The notes under the pieces are model-generated. The model ran no database searches, was not told the DNA's origin, and was given only the letters and a program-made list of their open reading frames with translations. Position numbers and translations under genes: made by a program. A stretch of DNA of 64,000 nucleotides from an uncultured bacterium (lineage in GTDB: Bacteria > Chloroflexota > UBA5177 > JANWHV01): NCBI GenBank assembly GCA_963827235.1, contig CAWHAE010000008.1, positions 359,870 through 423,869 on the forward strand, read 5' to 3'. Positions 21,557-30,517 of the stretch are shown piece by piece. How positions within the stretch are numbered: the first letter of the stretch is position 1; the number at the start of each line of letters is the position of its first letter.

Positions 21557-21802
21557 TCAGGGGAGACCAAAGGCCAGGAACAGCATGCCGAGGCAGAGCA
21601 GTCCGATCTCAGGCAGCACGCCGTCGGTGTTGTGCTGCCCATTGATTGTTTCGGTGTGACCGTCGAATGCCACGGTGGTCGTAAGCAGCAATGCGACTGC
21701 GATAGTGATACACATAACGCCGGCGACGACGGAAAGTCGCCGGAGCCTGTGCAATCGCCGCGCTCTCCGTGTCTCTCGTTCTCCGGAAACCACCAAATTC
21801 AC
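21557..21802 (-). CDS. small two-TM hypothetical protein
   Basis: two hydrophobic stretches in ORF 21557..21880; start uncertain. Confidence 0.35.
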   Translation of the reverse strand: MNLVVSGERETRRARRLHRLRRLSVVAGVMCITIAVALLLTTTVAFDGHTETINGQHNTDGVLPEIGLLCLGMLFLAFGLP

Positions 21803-21972
21803 CTCACCGAATGAGAGGTCCGACCGGGTCGTGCTAGCCCGCGATGAATGATACACGCCGATCCGCACACCCAAAACCAATGTGCTGAACCTGATTGACG
21901 AATATCCGAATTCGACCGTACAGTGAGCGCAGCAGGAGCCGGGAGACGAGGCGGCCAGCCGATCGGAAGCTT

Positions 21973-22698
21973 ATGGATCCGGTATCGAGCACCGTGGTGT
22001 CGGACTACCTTCAGACAATTTACAACACCACGATGGAGGGCGATCCCGTCATCGCGGCGGGGCTGGCGCGGAAGTTCCGTGTCTCGGCGCCGAACGTGGC
22101 CACTATCCTCCGGCGAATGGAGGAGGACGGCTTCATCATGCGCGACAGCCGCAAGAGCATCGCGCTTACCGACACAGGTAGGGTGCGGGCCGAAGTGGTA
22201 CTGCGACGACACCGCCTGGCCGAGCGAATGCTGATCGAGCTGCTGGATCTCGACTGGATTGCAGCTCACGAGCAGGCCCATCATCTCGAGCACGCCTTCA
22301 CGCCCTTGGTCGAGTCGCGCATCGACGCGGTGCTCAACCATCCTGCCACCTGCCCGCACGGCAACCCTATACCAGGCGGCGTCCGGGACGCGGCGCAGTA
22401 TCTGCGCGAGGCCGGCGCCTTCCGCCTGAGCGATGCGCCTGTCGGCCAGTCAATCGAGGTGATGTGCATCTCGGAAGTGGTCGAGGATGAAACGGCGGTT
22501 CTGCGCTACGTGGGTGAGAAGGGCCTGCGGCCGGGCACTGCGCTGAGCGTTCGCGAACGCGAGCCAGGGGGTGCGATAAGCGTCGAGGCGAAAGGGCAGA
22601 CGGTGATCCTCGGATTAGACCTAGCCAGCAAGATCTGGGTGCGCACGGCACCCAGTGCCGCGGCGCCGCCTGTTGCTGGGGTCGGGCCCGGCGCCTGA
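21973..22698 (+). CDS. DtxR/IdeR/MntR family metal-dependent regulator with C-terminal FeoA-like domain
   Basis: DYLQTIY, RRHRLAERML, HEQAHHLEH, PATCPHGNPIPG. Confidence 0.92.
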   Translation: MDPVSSTVVSDYLQTIYNTTMEGDPVIAAGLARKFRVSAPNVATILRRMEEDGFIMRDSRKSIALTDTGRVRAEVVLRRHRLAERMLIELLDLDWIAAHEQAHHLEHAFTPLVESRIDAVLNHPATCPHGNPIPGGVRDAAQYLREAGAFRLSDAPVGQSIEVMCISEVVEDETAVLRYVGEKGLRPGTALSVREREPGGAISVEAKGQTVILGLDLASKIWVRTAPSAAAPPVAGVGPGA

Positions 22699-22887
22699 AT
22701 CCTGCAGGCCTGTCGCGATAGCTTCGAACTCGGTGGGCCGGCTGGGCGAGCGCGATGGTGCTTTCGCAGCCCGGGCCGAGTGCCCGCGCGCGGCTATGCC
22801 CTGCCGATTCCGCGTCTTCAACCTCTCAGGTACGCTATGCAGTAGGAGGTCATGGCGGGCCGGGATGGTCCGCAGGTGCGGAGGAAC

Positions 22888-23625
22888 ATGGAATACCCGT
22901 TGATCGTATTCGTGGTCAGCACGGCGTTCTGCGCGATCGTGCTGAACCAGTTCATGCAGCGACGCCGAGCCTATCAGCTTGCCTGGAGCGTGTCACTTGC
23001 CTCGGCGGCAGCAGGCTCTCTGTCCTACGTAGTCTTTCTCCTGGCGGGCAGGCCCGAGATCGCGTTTCGCCTTTACTACATATTCGGGGCGCTCTTAACC
23101 GCCCCGCTCTTGGGCGTCGGCAGTCTGTTGCTGGCGTCGCGCACGCCGGAGGCACGCCGGCGTGCCGGCTATCCGATCGCTGTCGTGGTACTGGGCTGTT
23201 TGGCCGGGTCGATCATGCTTCTCGTGAACCCGATCCACACGGATGTGCTGCAACAGCTCAACGGTGGACCGGGTACCAATCCGGACGTCTATGCCTCGGG
23301 GCCGTGGCAGCCGATAGTAATCGCGGTCAATATCGCGGGCGCTCTGAGCGTGTTCGGCGTCGCGGTATTCTCGGGATGGCAGCTTTTGCGCCGCTCGGGC
23401 ACGCGGAGGCTCGTGGTGGCGAACGGTCTGATCGCACTCGGCACCTACGTCATCTCGCAGGCTGGAGGCCAGGCGCGCACGGGATTCGGGGCGGGCGCCT
23501 TCTGGCTGACCATGGCGCTGGGATGGATCGTGCTCTTCGGCGGCTTCCTCAGCACGTTCAGTCCGCGAGTTGAGAGCGTGGACGTGCGTCGCTCGGTACG
23601 TGCGCGCGACGCGGCCACGGCCTGA
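22888..23625 (+). CDS. multi-pass membrane protein of unknown function
   Basis: about 7 hydrophobic helices; GGAGG RBS before ATG 22888. Confidence 0.7.
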   Translation: MEYPLIVFVVSTAFCAIVLNQFMQRRRAYQLAWSVSLASAAAGSLSYVVFLLAGRPEIAFRLYYIFGALLTAPLLGVGSLLLASRTPEARRRAGYPIAVVVLGCLAGSIMLLVNPIHTDVLQQLNGGPGTNPDVYASGPWQPIVIAVNIAGALSVFGVAVFSGWQLLRRSGTRRLVVANGLIALGTYVISQAGGQARTGFGAGAFWLTMALGWIVLFGGFLSTFSPRVESVDVRRSVRARDAATA

Positions 23626-23641
23626 GGACGTCCGCCGGCGG

Positions 23642-24535
23642 CTAGAGCGACCGATGCTGGCGACGGTACTCGAAGAGCACCACGGCCACGGCTATTGCCA
23701 GGTTCAGCGAGCCGCCGTGCGCCATGGGAATCCTGATCGAGAAATCGCTGTCCTCCGCCACGTCGGGCGGCAGGCCTTCTCCCTCGTTGCCGAACAACAG
23801 CATGCAACGCCTCGGTATAGTCGTCGACCATAGGTCGCTCTTTGCCCTGGACGAAGTGGCCACGATGGGCAGTTGATGATCGCGACACCAGGCGCGCACG
23901 GTATGCCATCGATCAGCGACGGCATACGGCACGCTGAAGATCGTGCCCATGCTGGCCTTGACGCACGCCGGGCTGTAGATGTCCGTGCCTCCAATGACAA
24001 TGGCGCCCCCGCCCATGGCGTCGAGGGTCCGTATGGAGGTTCCGAGGTTCCCCGGATTGCCCGGCGAATACAGTGCCGCAAACATGTCGGTGACGGCAAC
24101 TGGCAGACCATCTATGTTCGCCTTCGGCTTGGACACGACGGCCGCGAGGCCCGACGGATGGTCGCGCTCGGCAATCTGTTCGAACAGCGGTGCGGCCACC
24201 GCGGTTACGCGGGTACCGCGCCGTGCCTGGCGTACGACCATGTGCCGCGCATCCTCGCTCGCGAGCAGGTCGGGCGCTACCACCAGCGTATCGATCGGGG
24301 CGCCGGTGTCGACCGCTCGCCACACGGGCAGAATGCCCTCGACCAGAAACGAGCTGCTGCGGTCGCGCTCCTTGCGGTCCAGCAAGGCGCGCAGTTGCTT
24401 GGCGACTGCGTTTGATTTGCTCGTGATCGAGCCGCGGGCCAGCGCCTCCCACGTCTCGTCGCGATCTGTGCTGGCCGTGCTTGCGCCGGCTGCGTCCAGT
24501 GGTGTCATCATCTCCGGGCCGGCTCGCGCCGCCAT
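23642..24535 (-). CDS. TrmH/SpoU family RNA methyltransferase
   Basis: FLVEG, PGNLGTSIRT, KASMG, LLFGNEGEGL, IPM...SLNLAIA; start may lie slightly downstream. Confidence 0.92.
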   Translation of the reverse strand: MAARAGPEMMTPLDAAGASTASTDRDETWEALARGSITSKSNAVAKQLRALLDRKERDRSSSFLVEGILPVWRAVDTGAPIDTLVVAPDLLASEDARHMVVRQARRGTRVTAVAAPLFEQIAERDHPSGLAAVVSKPKANIDGLPVAVTDMFAALYSPGNPGNLGTSIRTLDAMGGGAIVIGGTDIYSPACVKASMGTIFSVPYAVADRWHTVRAWCRDHQLPIVATSSRAKSDLWSTTIPRRCMLLFGNEGEGLPPDVAEDSDFSIRIPMAHGGSLNLAIAVAVVLFEYRRQHRSL

Positions 24536-24606
24536 CGCGGCGCGAGTCCTTTCTGCGGATTACATCTGCTCATGATCATATCCGGACCCGCGTAGGGTGG
24601 CGGCAC

Positions 24607-26079
24607 GTAAGAGTTCAGAGTCGAGGTCAAAGAGTCTGCAAGGCGTGGAGGCAGGCAGCGAAGGGGTTGAGGTCGCGCGCAGCCCAGGTGGAGAAGACGC
24701 TGGCCAGGTCGCAACGGATGGCCGAGCCGGCATCGCCGCGCGAGCCACCGCTGATCTTGCGGGCGATCACCTGGGGACGCACGGTGCGTTCGGCCAGGTT
24801 GTTCGTGGGGCTGACGCCGGGCGTGCGGATGAACTCGAACAGTTCGCTCTCATAGCGGTGCAGGCAGGTGGCCAAGACCTGAGCCGGATGCCCGGGCGTC
24901 GTGCGATAGCAGCGGGCCAGCAGCCGCAGCCGCCGTTCCAGGTTGCGGGCCACGCGGGCACGCTCCCGCAGGGTGCAGGCGGACAGGTCCAAGGCACGCG
25001 CACCGGCAAAGAGGTCCTTGAGCGCACGGACCCAGTCCTGCACGTCTGGCCGCGCAGGGCAGTCCGCACCGAGCTTGTGGGCGTCGCGCAAGAGATGGGC
25101 CCAACAGCGCTGGTGTGGTCCGGGGTACTGGTCGTAGGCCGCGTAGAAGTCGGTGCTCAGCACGCCGCCAAAGTCGCCCACCAGCTCCCGTGCCACCTGG
25201 CCCGATCGGCTCGGGTGGAAGGTATACAGCCGCGTGGCCGCCGGCCCGTCCGTGGCTTGCACCCACAAATAGCCGTTCTGCCCGTCTTGGCGCCAGCCCG
25301 TTTCGTCCATGTACTGCACCGGACTGGCCCGTGTCTGGGCTCGAATCGTCGCCACCACCGGTGCCAACTGCTGCCGCAGGCGGGCCAGGATGTCTTGCAG
25401 GCCGCCGATCGAGAACCGGAGCCCGTAGACCTGGTCCAGCAAGGCTTGCACCTGTGCCAAGGGTAGCCGAGCGCTGGTGCGCAAGACACCAATCAGGCTG
25501 GCCAGCCGCACGCCTATCCGCCCCTGCCCCAACACCTGCCCCGCAAAAGAGACCCGCGGCGTCTTGTATGCGCGACAGACCGGACAGTACCGCTTGAGGA
25601 TCTGGTGCTCCACCACGCTCACCGGCGTGGCCGGCACCTCCAGCACTTCCCGCCGCCGCTGCACCGCTCCGTCGCGTAACGTATAGCCGCAATCCGGACA
25701 GCGGTCATAGGCGTGTCGGACGTATTGGCTCGGCGTGCTCCGCGGCCGACCATGGTTCTGCTCCGCCGCCCGCTGTCGCCGCGTTTCCCCTTCCGCCTTC
25801 TCCCGCTTGACCCGGTTGGCCTTGGCCCAGGGCGCCGGCGGCCGCTTCTCCGCCTCCAGTTCAGCTATCCGCTGTTCCAGTGCCGCCACTTTCACGCGTA
25901 AAGCCGCGTTTTCGACCTGGAGTTGCGCCACCTGCTCCCGCAGCAGCGCATTCTGGATCTGCAGTTCGGCAATCAGGGCGAGGGCGTCTTCGAGCGTCAT
26001 CCCTTGACGCTACCCGCTTCATCCGTAGCGGGCCAGCAACCTCAACCGATTGCACCTGCATCTACTTCTGAGCTCTTAC
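24607..26079 (-). mobile_element. complete IS66-family element (single-ORF ISBst12-type), 1473 bp
   Basis: TIRs GTAAGAGTTCAGA (24607) and TCTGAGCTCTTAC (ends 26079); 8-bp target duplication GGCGGCAC at 24599-24606 and 26080-26087. Confidence 0.95.
24627..26000 (-). CDS. IS66 family DDE transposase
   Basis: leucine-zipper N-terminus, CPDCG/CPVC zinc finger, MDETGW, STDFYAAY, QRCWAHLLRD, PTNNLAER. Confidence 0.95.
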   Translation of the reverse strand: MTLEDALALIAELQIQNALLREQVAQLQVENAALRVKVAALEQRIAELEAEKRPPAPWAKANRVKREKAEGETRRQRAAEQNHGRPRSTPSQYVRHAYDRCPDCGYTLRDGAVQRRREVLEVPATPVSVVEHQILKRYCPVCRAYKTPRVSFAGQVLGQGRIGVRLASLIGVLRTSARLPLAQVQALLDQVYGLRFSIGGLQDILARLRQQLAPVVATIRAQTRASPVQYMDETGWRQDGQNGYLWVQATDGPAATRLYTFHPSRSGQVARELVGDFGGVLSTDFYAAYDQYPGPHQRCWAHLLRDAHKLGADCPARPDVQDWVRALKDLFAGARALDLSACTLRERARVARNLERRLRLLARCYRTTPGHPAQVLATCLHRYESELFEFIRTPGVSPTNNLAERTVRPQVIARKISGGSRGDAGSAIRCDLASVFSTWAARDLNPFAACLHALQTL

Positions 26080-26505
26080 GGCGGCACGCGGGTGCAGGAC
26101 CGGCGCCAGAGAGGCCTGCGCTGAGCCGCACCGCTCACCACCGGCCCAGGCCGAGGCCGGATTCTCGTGACGTGCCCTCGAGCGCGGAACAGGCATAGCT
26201 GAGACTCTGCCCCGGCGTGCGTAGGCGCGGCTCGACCACGCCGTCACGGGCCAACCATTTGAGCATTTCGTTCGTTATGGAAAAATCATCCGGCCACTTG
26301 CGTTCACCGCGAGGCTGGCGTATGCTCGCTGCATGCGGAACGCTTCTACCGTGCTGGTTGCGTTGGCCATGCCGCGGCGGCAGACCGGCGTGTTCGTCCT
26401 CTGAAGTCCATTCTCGACTGCGCACAACGCTCTAGTGACGTGATTTGCTCGTGTTGGTTGCCGCTCGAGGCGACCGCAGACAGTCCCGGAAGGGTTGGGC
26501 AAGCG

Positions 26506-26823
26506 ATGGAGGCGCGGAGGTTCGTCGGCGATGAGACAGCAGTGTCGAGTGTAGAGAGGGTTGAGCAGGCAATCCCTCGGCGGGCATCGACTCATGGCGT
26601 GGCCTGCGGCCGTTGCCGATACTGCCATCGAGAGTACGTGTCGGAGGACCTCGCCAGGTGCGACCACTGTGGGGCATACGTTTGCGCCCGGTGTGGCAGC
26701 GTGCGCGACAATCCCAGCGGGCACGGCCATCTGTGCTCTGCCTGCCTCCGGGCCGCCGTGGAATGGCGAGCGCGCTGGCACCTGCAGACGGCAGCACGTG
26801 TCTCCAACCGTCTCAACATCTAG
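26506..26823 (+). CDS. small Cys-rich zinc-finger-like protein
   Basis: CRYC, CDHC, CARC, CSAC. Confidence 0.55.
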   Translation: MEARRFVGDETAVSSVERVEQAIPRRASTHGVACGRCRYCHREYVSEDLARCDHCGAYVCARCGSVRDNPSGHGHLCSACLRAAVEWRARWHLQTAARVSNRLNI

Positions 26824-26905
26824 TCCCTGAAGTCTTCCGCCGGCTTTCCCTGACGGGCAACCTGCGCTACGCTGATCGCGGTATTGGCCGGAGGGGAGAG
26901 TGACC

Positions 26906-27364
26906 ATGGACCTGTATCTGCTTCGTCACGCCGAGGCCGGTGAGGCGCCTCGGGATGAGGACCGGCGGCTGACCGACCATGGCCGTGTCCAGGCTGGAGC
27001 GGCTGCCGGCGGTATCGCAGCGTTACATCTCGGCTTGCACCAGATGATTAGCAGCCCGATAATCCGCGCCGTGCAGACTGCCGATCCGGTGGCGAAGGCA
27101 CTTTCGCTCCCGATCGAAACGTCGGAGGCACTATCGGCCGGCCATGGCCCGGCCGAAGCTCTTGAACTGCTCGTCGCATACGAAGGCCCGCTTCTCGTGA
27201 TCGGCCATGAGCCGCAGCTATCGGGTATTGTGATGGCCGTGTGCGGCGGTCGCGTCCGCATGCGCAAGGCGATGCTGGCGCGGCTCGAGCTGGATAGAGC
27301 CGACCCGGCAGTCGGAGCACTGGCATGGCTCCTGTCGTGGCAGCACCTCAAGAAGCTGGGCTGA
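26906..27364 (+). CDS. sixA: phosphohistidine phosphatase SixA
   Basis: LYLLRHAEA, RRLTDHG, SSPIIRAVQTA, VIGHEPQL. Confidence 0.88.
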   Translation: MDLYLLRHAEAGEAPRDEDRRLTDHGRVQAGAAAGGIAALHLGLHQMISSPIIRAVQTADPVAKALSLPIETSEALSAGHGPAEALELLVAYEGPLLVIGHEPQLSGIVMAVCGGRVRMRKAMLARLELDRADPAVGALAWLLSWQHLKKLG

Positions 27365-27753
27365 TCTCGTCGCCACACTCGCGGCGCCGGTGGACCGCGA
27401 GCAGGAACGACGCCGCGGAATAGCCTTCACGCCGTGATGCCGGAGTGACGGCCACCCGGATGGTGCGCCTCTCATCGCGCTGCACTTCAGAGCCGCTTCA
27501 CTTCTACCTATCCGCAGCACATGCCCCTGCAGCGGGTACTGCTGCGGTGCACAGCAGCCGACGGGAAGTACCGCGCTCGATGCCTTCGAGCGGGCCGGCG
27601 GACGACCCGCCCGGCTATGGCCGCGGGGCATTGCCCCTCCTGAATCGGCGCTCGGCGATTTGCGACGGATCCCGGGACCATTATCCCCCAAGAGCGTGCT
27701 CTTCGGCTCGATCTTGCCGTAGTCTATATGCGGGCTCTAAGCGAAAGGAAGGC

Positions 27754-28137
27754 ATGAAAAGCGGAATGTGCGAACAAAAGCGCGTGCTGGTGGTCGACGA
27801 CGACATGATGGTTCGGGAGCTGATGCGAGACGCCCTCTCGGTACAGGGTTATGTCGTCCAGGAAGCCACCGACGGGGTTGATGCCCTGGAGCAAGTTCGG
27901 CAGACCGAGTTCGATGCCATTGTCCTGGACATGCAGATGCCCAAAATGGATGGTTGGCAGTTTCTCGACAGCTATGAGCGCCTGAAAGATCAGCACGCGC
28001 CCGTAGTGGTCTGCTCTGCGCTTATGGGCTACGACCTCCGCATCGATCAGGGCTCCGTGGTGGGATTCCTGGCCAAGCCGTTTGCGCTCGACGACCTGTA
28101 CCAGTGTGTGAAGCGGTGTATCAGCTCGACGTACTAG
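27754..28137 (+). CDS. single-domain response regulator (receiver only)
   Basis: VLVVDDD, LDMQMPKMDG, CSA, LAKPF. Confidence 0.88.
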   Translation: MKSGMCEQKRVLVVDDDMMVRELMRDALSVQGYVVQEATDGVDALEQVRQTEFDAIVLDMQMPKMDGWQFLDSYERLKDQHAPVVVCSALMGYDLRIDQGSVVGFLAKPFALDDLYQCVKRCISSTY

Positions 28138-28153
28138 GCTCCAGGTTCTCGTC

Positions 28154-28990
28154 CTAGCCCGACCGCTTCAGTCTTCCGGTGCGCTTCGCGAAGCGCTCGG
28201 CCCGCAGGAACAGGTACACGCCCAGGGGAATGGTGACCAGCCCGATCACCGAGAGGCCGAGCAGCGACTGCCACATGGCGCCCAGGCCTTGCCCGTCAAT
28301 CATGGCCGAGCGCATGCCGTCGAGCGCGTAGAGAGCAGGCGAAACGTGAGCGGTCCATTGCATCCACATGGGCAATACGTTGATCGGGTAATAGACGCCG
28401 GAAACCAGCAGGAGCGAGGCGGAGATGATGTGTGTCATCTGTGCGCCTCGTTCGGTGAACAGCAGGGGCAGGATGGCAGCCATGATGCCCAGGCCCATGA
28501 AGCTGAAGCTGCCGAGCAGGATAACGACCACGGCGGCACCGAGGTTGATGTGGCTAACGTCGACTCCAAACAGTAGGCCGATCACGGCCAGGATGACGCC
28601 CGTACGCACCACGCCGTAGATAACGCTGAACACGCTGGCGCCCAGCAGGTGGGTGACTCGCAATACCGGGGCCATCATGGTGTATTCGATGGTGCCTTCC
28701 CATCGCTCGTAGGAGATGGTCTCGCTGATGCTGTCGAACACAGCCGACAGATACGACCATACGAGGGCGCCCACGGTCAGATAGAGGATCAGCCGGCTCG
28801 TATCCAGCTTCGATCCGCCACCGAACTCGTCCGCTGCCCTACCTATGTAGAGCACCGAGAGCGCCCCGGCGATGCTGTAGCAGACGAACACAACCTCCCA
28901 GCCCCAATAGCGCTTGGAGAGGTTTACATTGCGCTCGATGAAGGCGTATGATGCACGCAGCTCACGAAGAACCGCGGTAGCGGCGCTCAT
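28154..28990 (-). CDS. ABC-2 type transporter permease
   Basis: ERWEGTIEY, SGVYYPINVLP, six TM helices. Confidence 0.9.
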   Translation of the reverse strand: MSAATAVLRELRASYAFIERNVNLSKRYWGWEVVFVCYSIAGALSVLYIGRAADEFGGGSKLDTSRLILYLTVGALVWSYLSAVFDSISETISYERWEGTIEYTMMAPVLRVTHLLGASVFSVIYGVVRTGVILAVIGLLFGVDVSHINLGAAVVVILLGSFSFMGLGIMAAILPLLFTERGAQMTHIISASLLLVSGVYYPINVLPMWMQWTAHVSPALYALDGMRSAMIDGQGLGAMWQSLLGLSVIGLVTIPLGVYLFLRAERFAKRTGRLKRSG

Positions 28991-29841
28991 TCCTCACCTC
29001 CTTCTTCCCGATCGTTTTCCAGGGAACGCCCGGCAAGGGCGAGAAAGACCTGTTCGAGCGAGGGTAAGGTCGGGCCACCGGAGCGAGCCGCCAGCTCCTG
29101 CTTGAGCTGGAGCGGCGTACCTTCCCGCAGCAGCATTCCCTGGTCGATGAAGGCGATGCGATCACAGAGCGCATCCGCCTCGCCCATGTCGTGGCTGGTC
29201 AGCACGATGGTGGCGTCATGCTCGTCCCGCAAGCGCAGCACGAACTGCTGCACGTCGAGCTTGCTCTGCGGATCGAGCCCGGTGGTCGGCTCGTCGAGTA
29301 ACAGGAGGATCGGCGAGGTGAGGAAGGCACGAGCAATGGCCACCTTCTGCTGCATGCCGCGCGACATGTGCTCTACCGGCCGGCCGATGCGCGAACCTGG
29401 GATTCCCAACAGACCGAGGATGCGCTCGATCTCACTCCTGGCTGTCCGCCCATCGAGACCGTAGAGTCGAGCGGCATAGAGGAGGTTTTCCATCGGCGAG
29501 AGCTTCTTGAAGAAGCTCGCTTCTACGCTCACTCTGTTAATCATGCGCTTGACGTCGTGCTCGTGTCGTACGATGTCCCGACCGAAGACTGTGATGCTGC
29601 CCGAGTCGGGCACGAGCAGGGTAGATACCAGCCGGATCAGAGTCGATTTGCCCGAGCCGTTTGTACCGAGGATGCCATAGATCTCTCGCTTCTCGATACA
29701 GAGCGAGATGTTGTTTACGGCGAGCACCTGGCTGGACGGTTGCCGGGATTTGCCGAACAGCACGCGAAGCGAGGGCCGCCTGCTATCGGGCTGGAATGCT
29801 TTCGAGGCGCGATCCACCACGAGGGCGTATTCAGCAGCCAT
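28987..29841 (-). CDS. ABC transporter ATP-binding protein
   Basis: GTNGSGKS, MSRGMQQK, LLLDEPTTGLD, SHDM. Confidence 0.92.
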   Translation of the reverse strand: MAAEYALVVDRASKAFQPDSRRPSLRVLFGKSRQPSSQVLAVNNISLCIEKREIYGILGTNGSGKSTLIRLVSTLLVPDSGSITVFGRDIVRHEHDVKRMINRVSVEASFFKKLSPMENLLYAARLYGLDGRTARSEIERILGLLGIPGSRIGRPVEHMSRGMQQKVAIARAFLTSPILLLLDEPTTGLDPQSKLDVQQFVLRLRDEHDATIVLTSHDMGEADALCDRIAFIDQGMLLREGTPLQLKQELAARSGGPTLPSLEQVFLALAGRSLENDREEGGEE

Positions 29842-30517
29842 GAGGGTATCTCCATACTGACATAAAATCGCGAACGAAGGCCACACAAAAGCCACGGGTG
29901 CCGGCTAGCTCGAGCGCAACCCGTGGCGACCGCTGGTCAGTGGCGAGCGATACTCAACGGAGCGGCGGGCGCGCAGCGATGCGTCGGCTACGTACGACGC
30001 GGGACATGAGGATCTCGAACATAACCGCGCTGTGGTACACCCGCGCATTCCTTCCGCGGCGTGACGCCGCAATGCCCATGAAGATGCATCGACATCGTAC
30101 GTGCCGGGATGTGGGAAGTCAAGCTCGTGTAGCAGGGTATACAGCGACGGTCGAATTGCCAGTCTCGATGCCCAGCTGCGTGTACCCAGAGACGCAAATG
30201 ACGCAGATCGGCCAAGCGCCAGGCTCGGTCGAGTGCAGGCTATCTCGCGTGCAAACCGAGAGTGTCCGGTATCCGAGCCTGGCTGGATACGTGAGCAAGC
30301 GGTGTCGCAATCCGCGCGGCTGACCGTGCCCGGTCGCGCTAGCTACGAGCCGGCGCGCAGGCCATACTTGCCCGTGAAAGGGCTGCGGCATTTATCGACG
30401 ACGAGCAGCGAGCCGGCCTGAACTCAGACCGCGCAAACGCCGAGGAACCGGAAGAACGTGGTCATCGGGCCACCTCCGGACCCAGCAGGAGCAGTGCTCA
30501 TGTTAGGGCTCGGAACA

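Noticed and set aside
29898-30500. ncRNA or MITE in the 600-bp gap between the ABC ATPase and the beta-helix gene
   Set aside because: Only a weak imperfect inverted similarity (29901 vs 30331), no target duplication or known RNA motif
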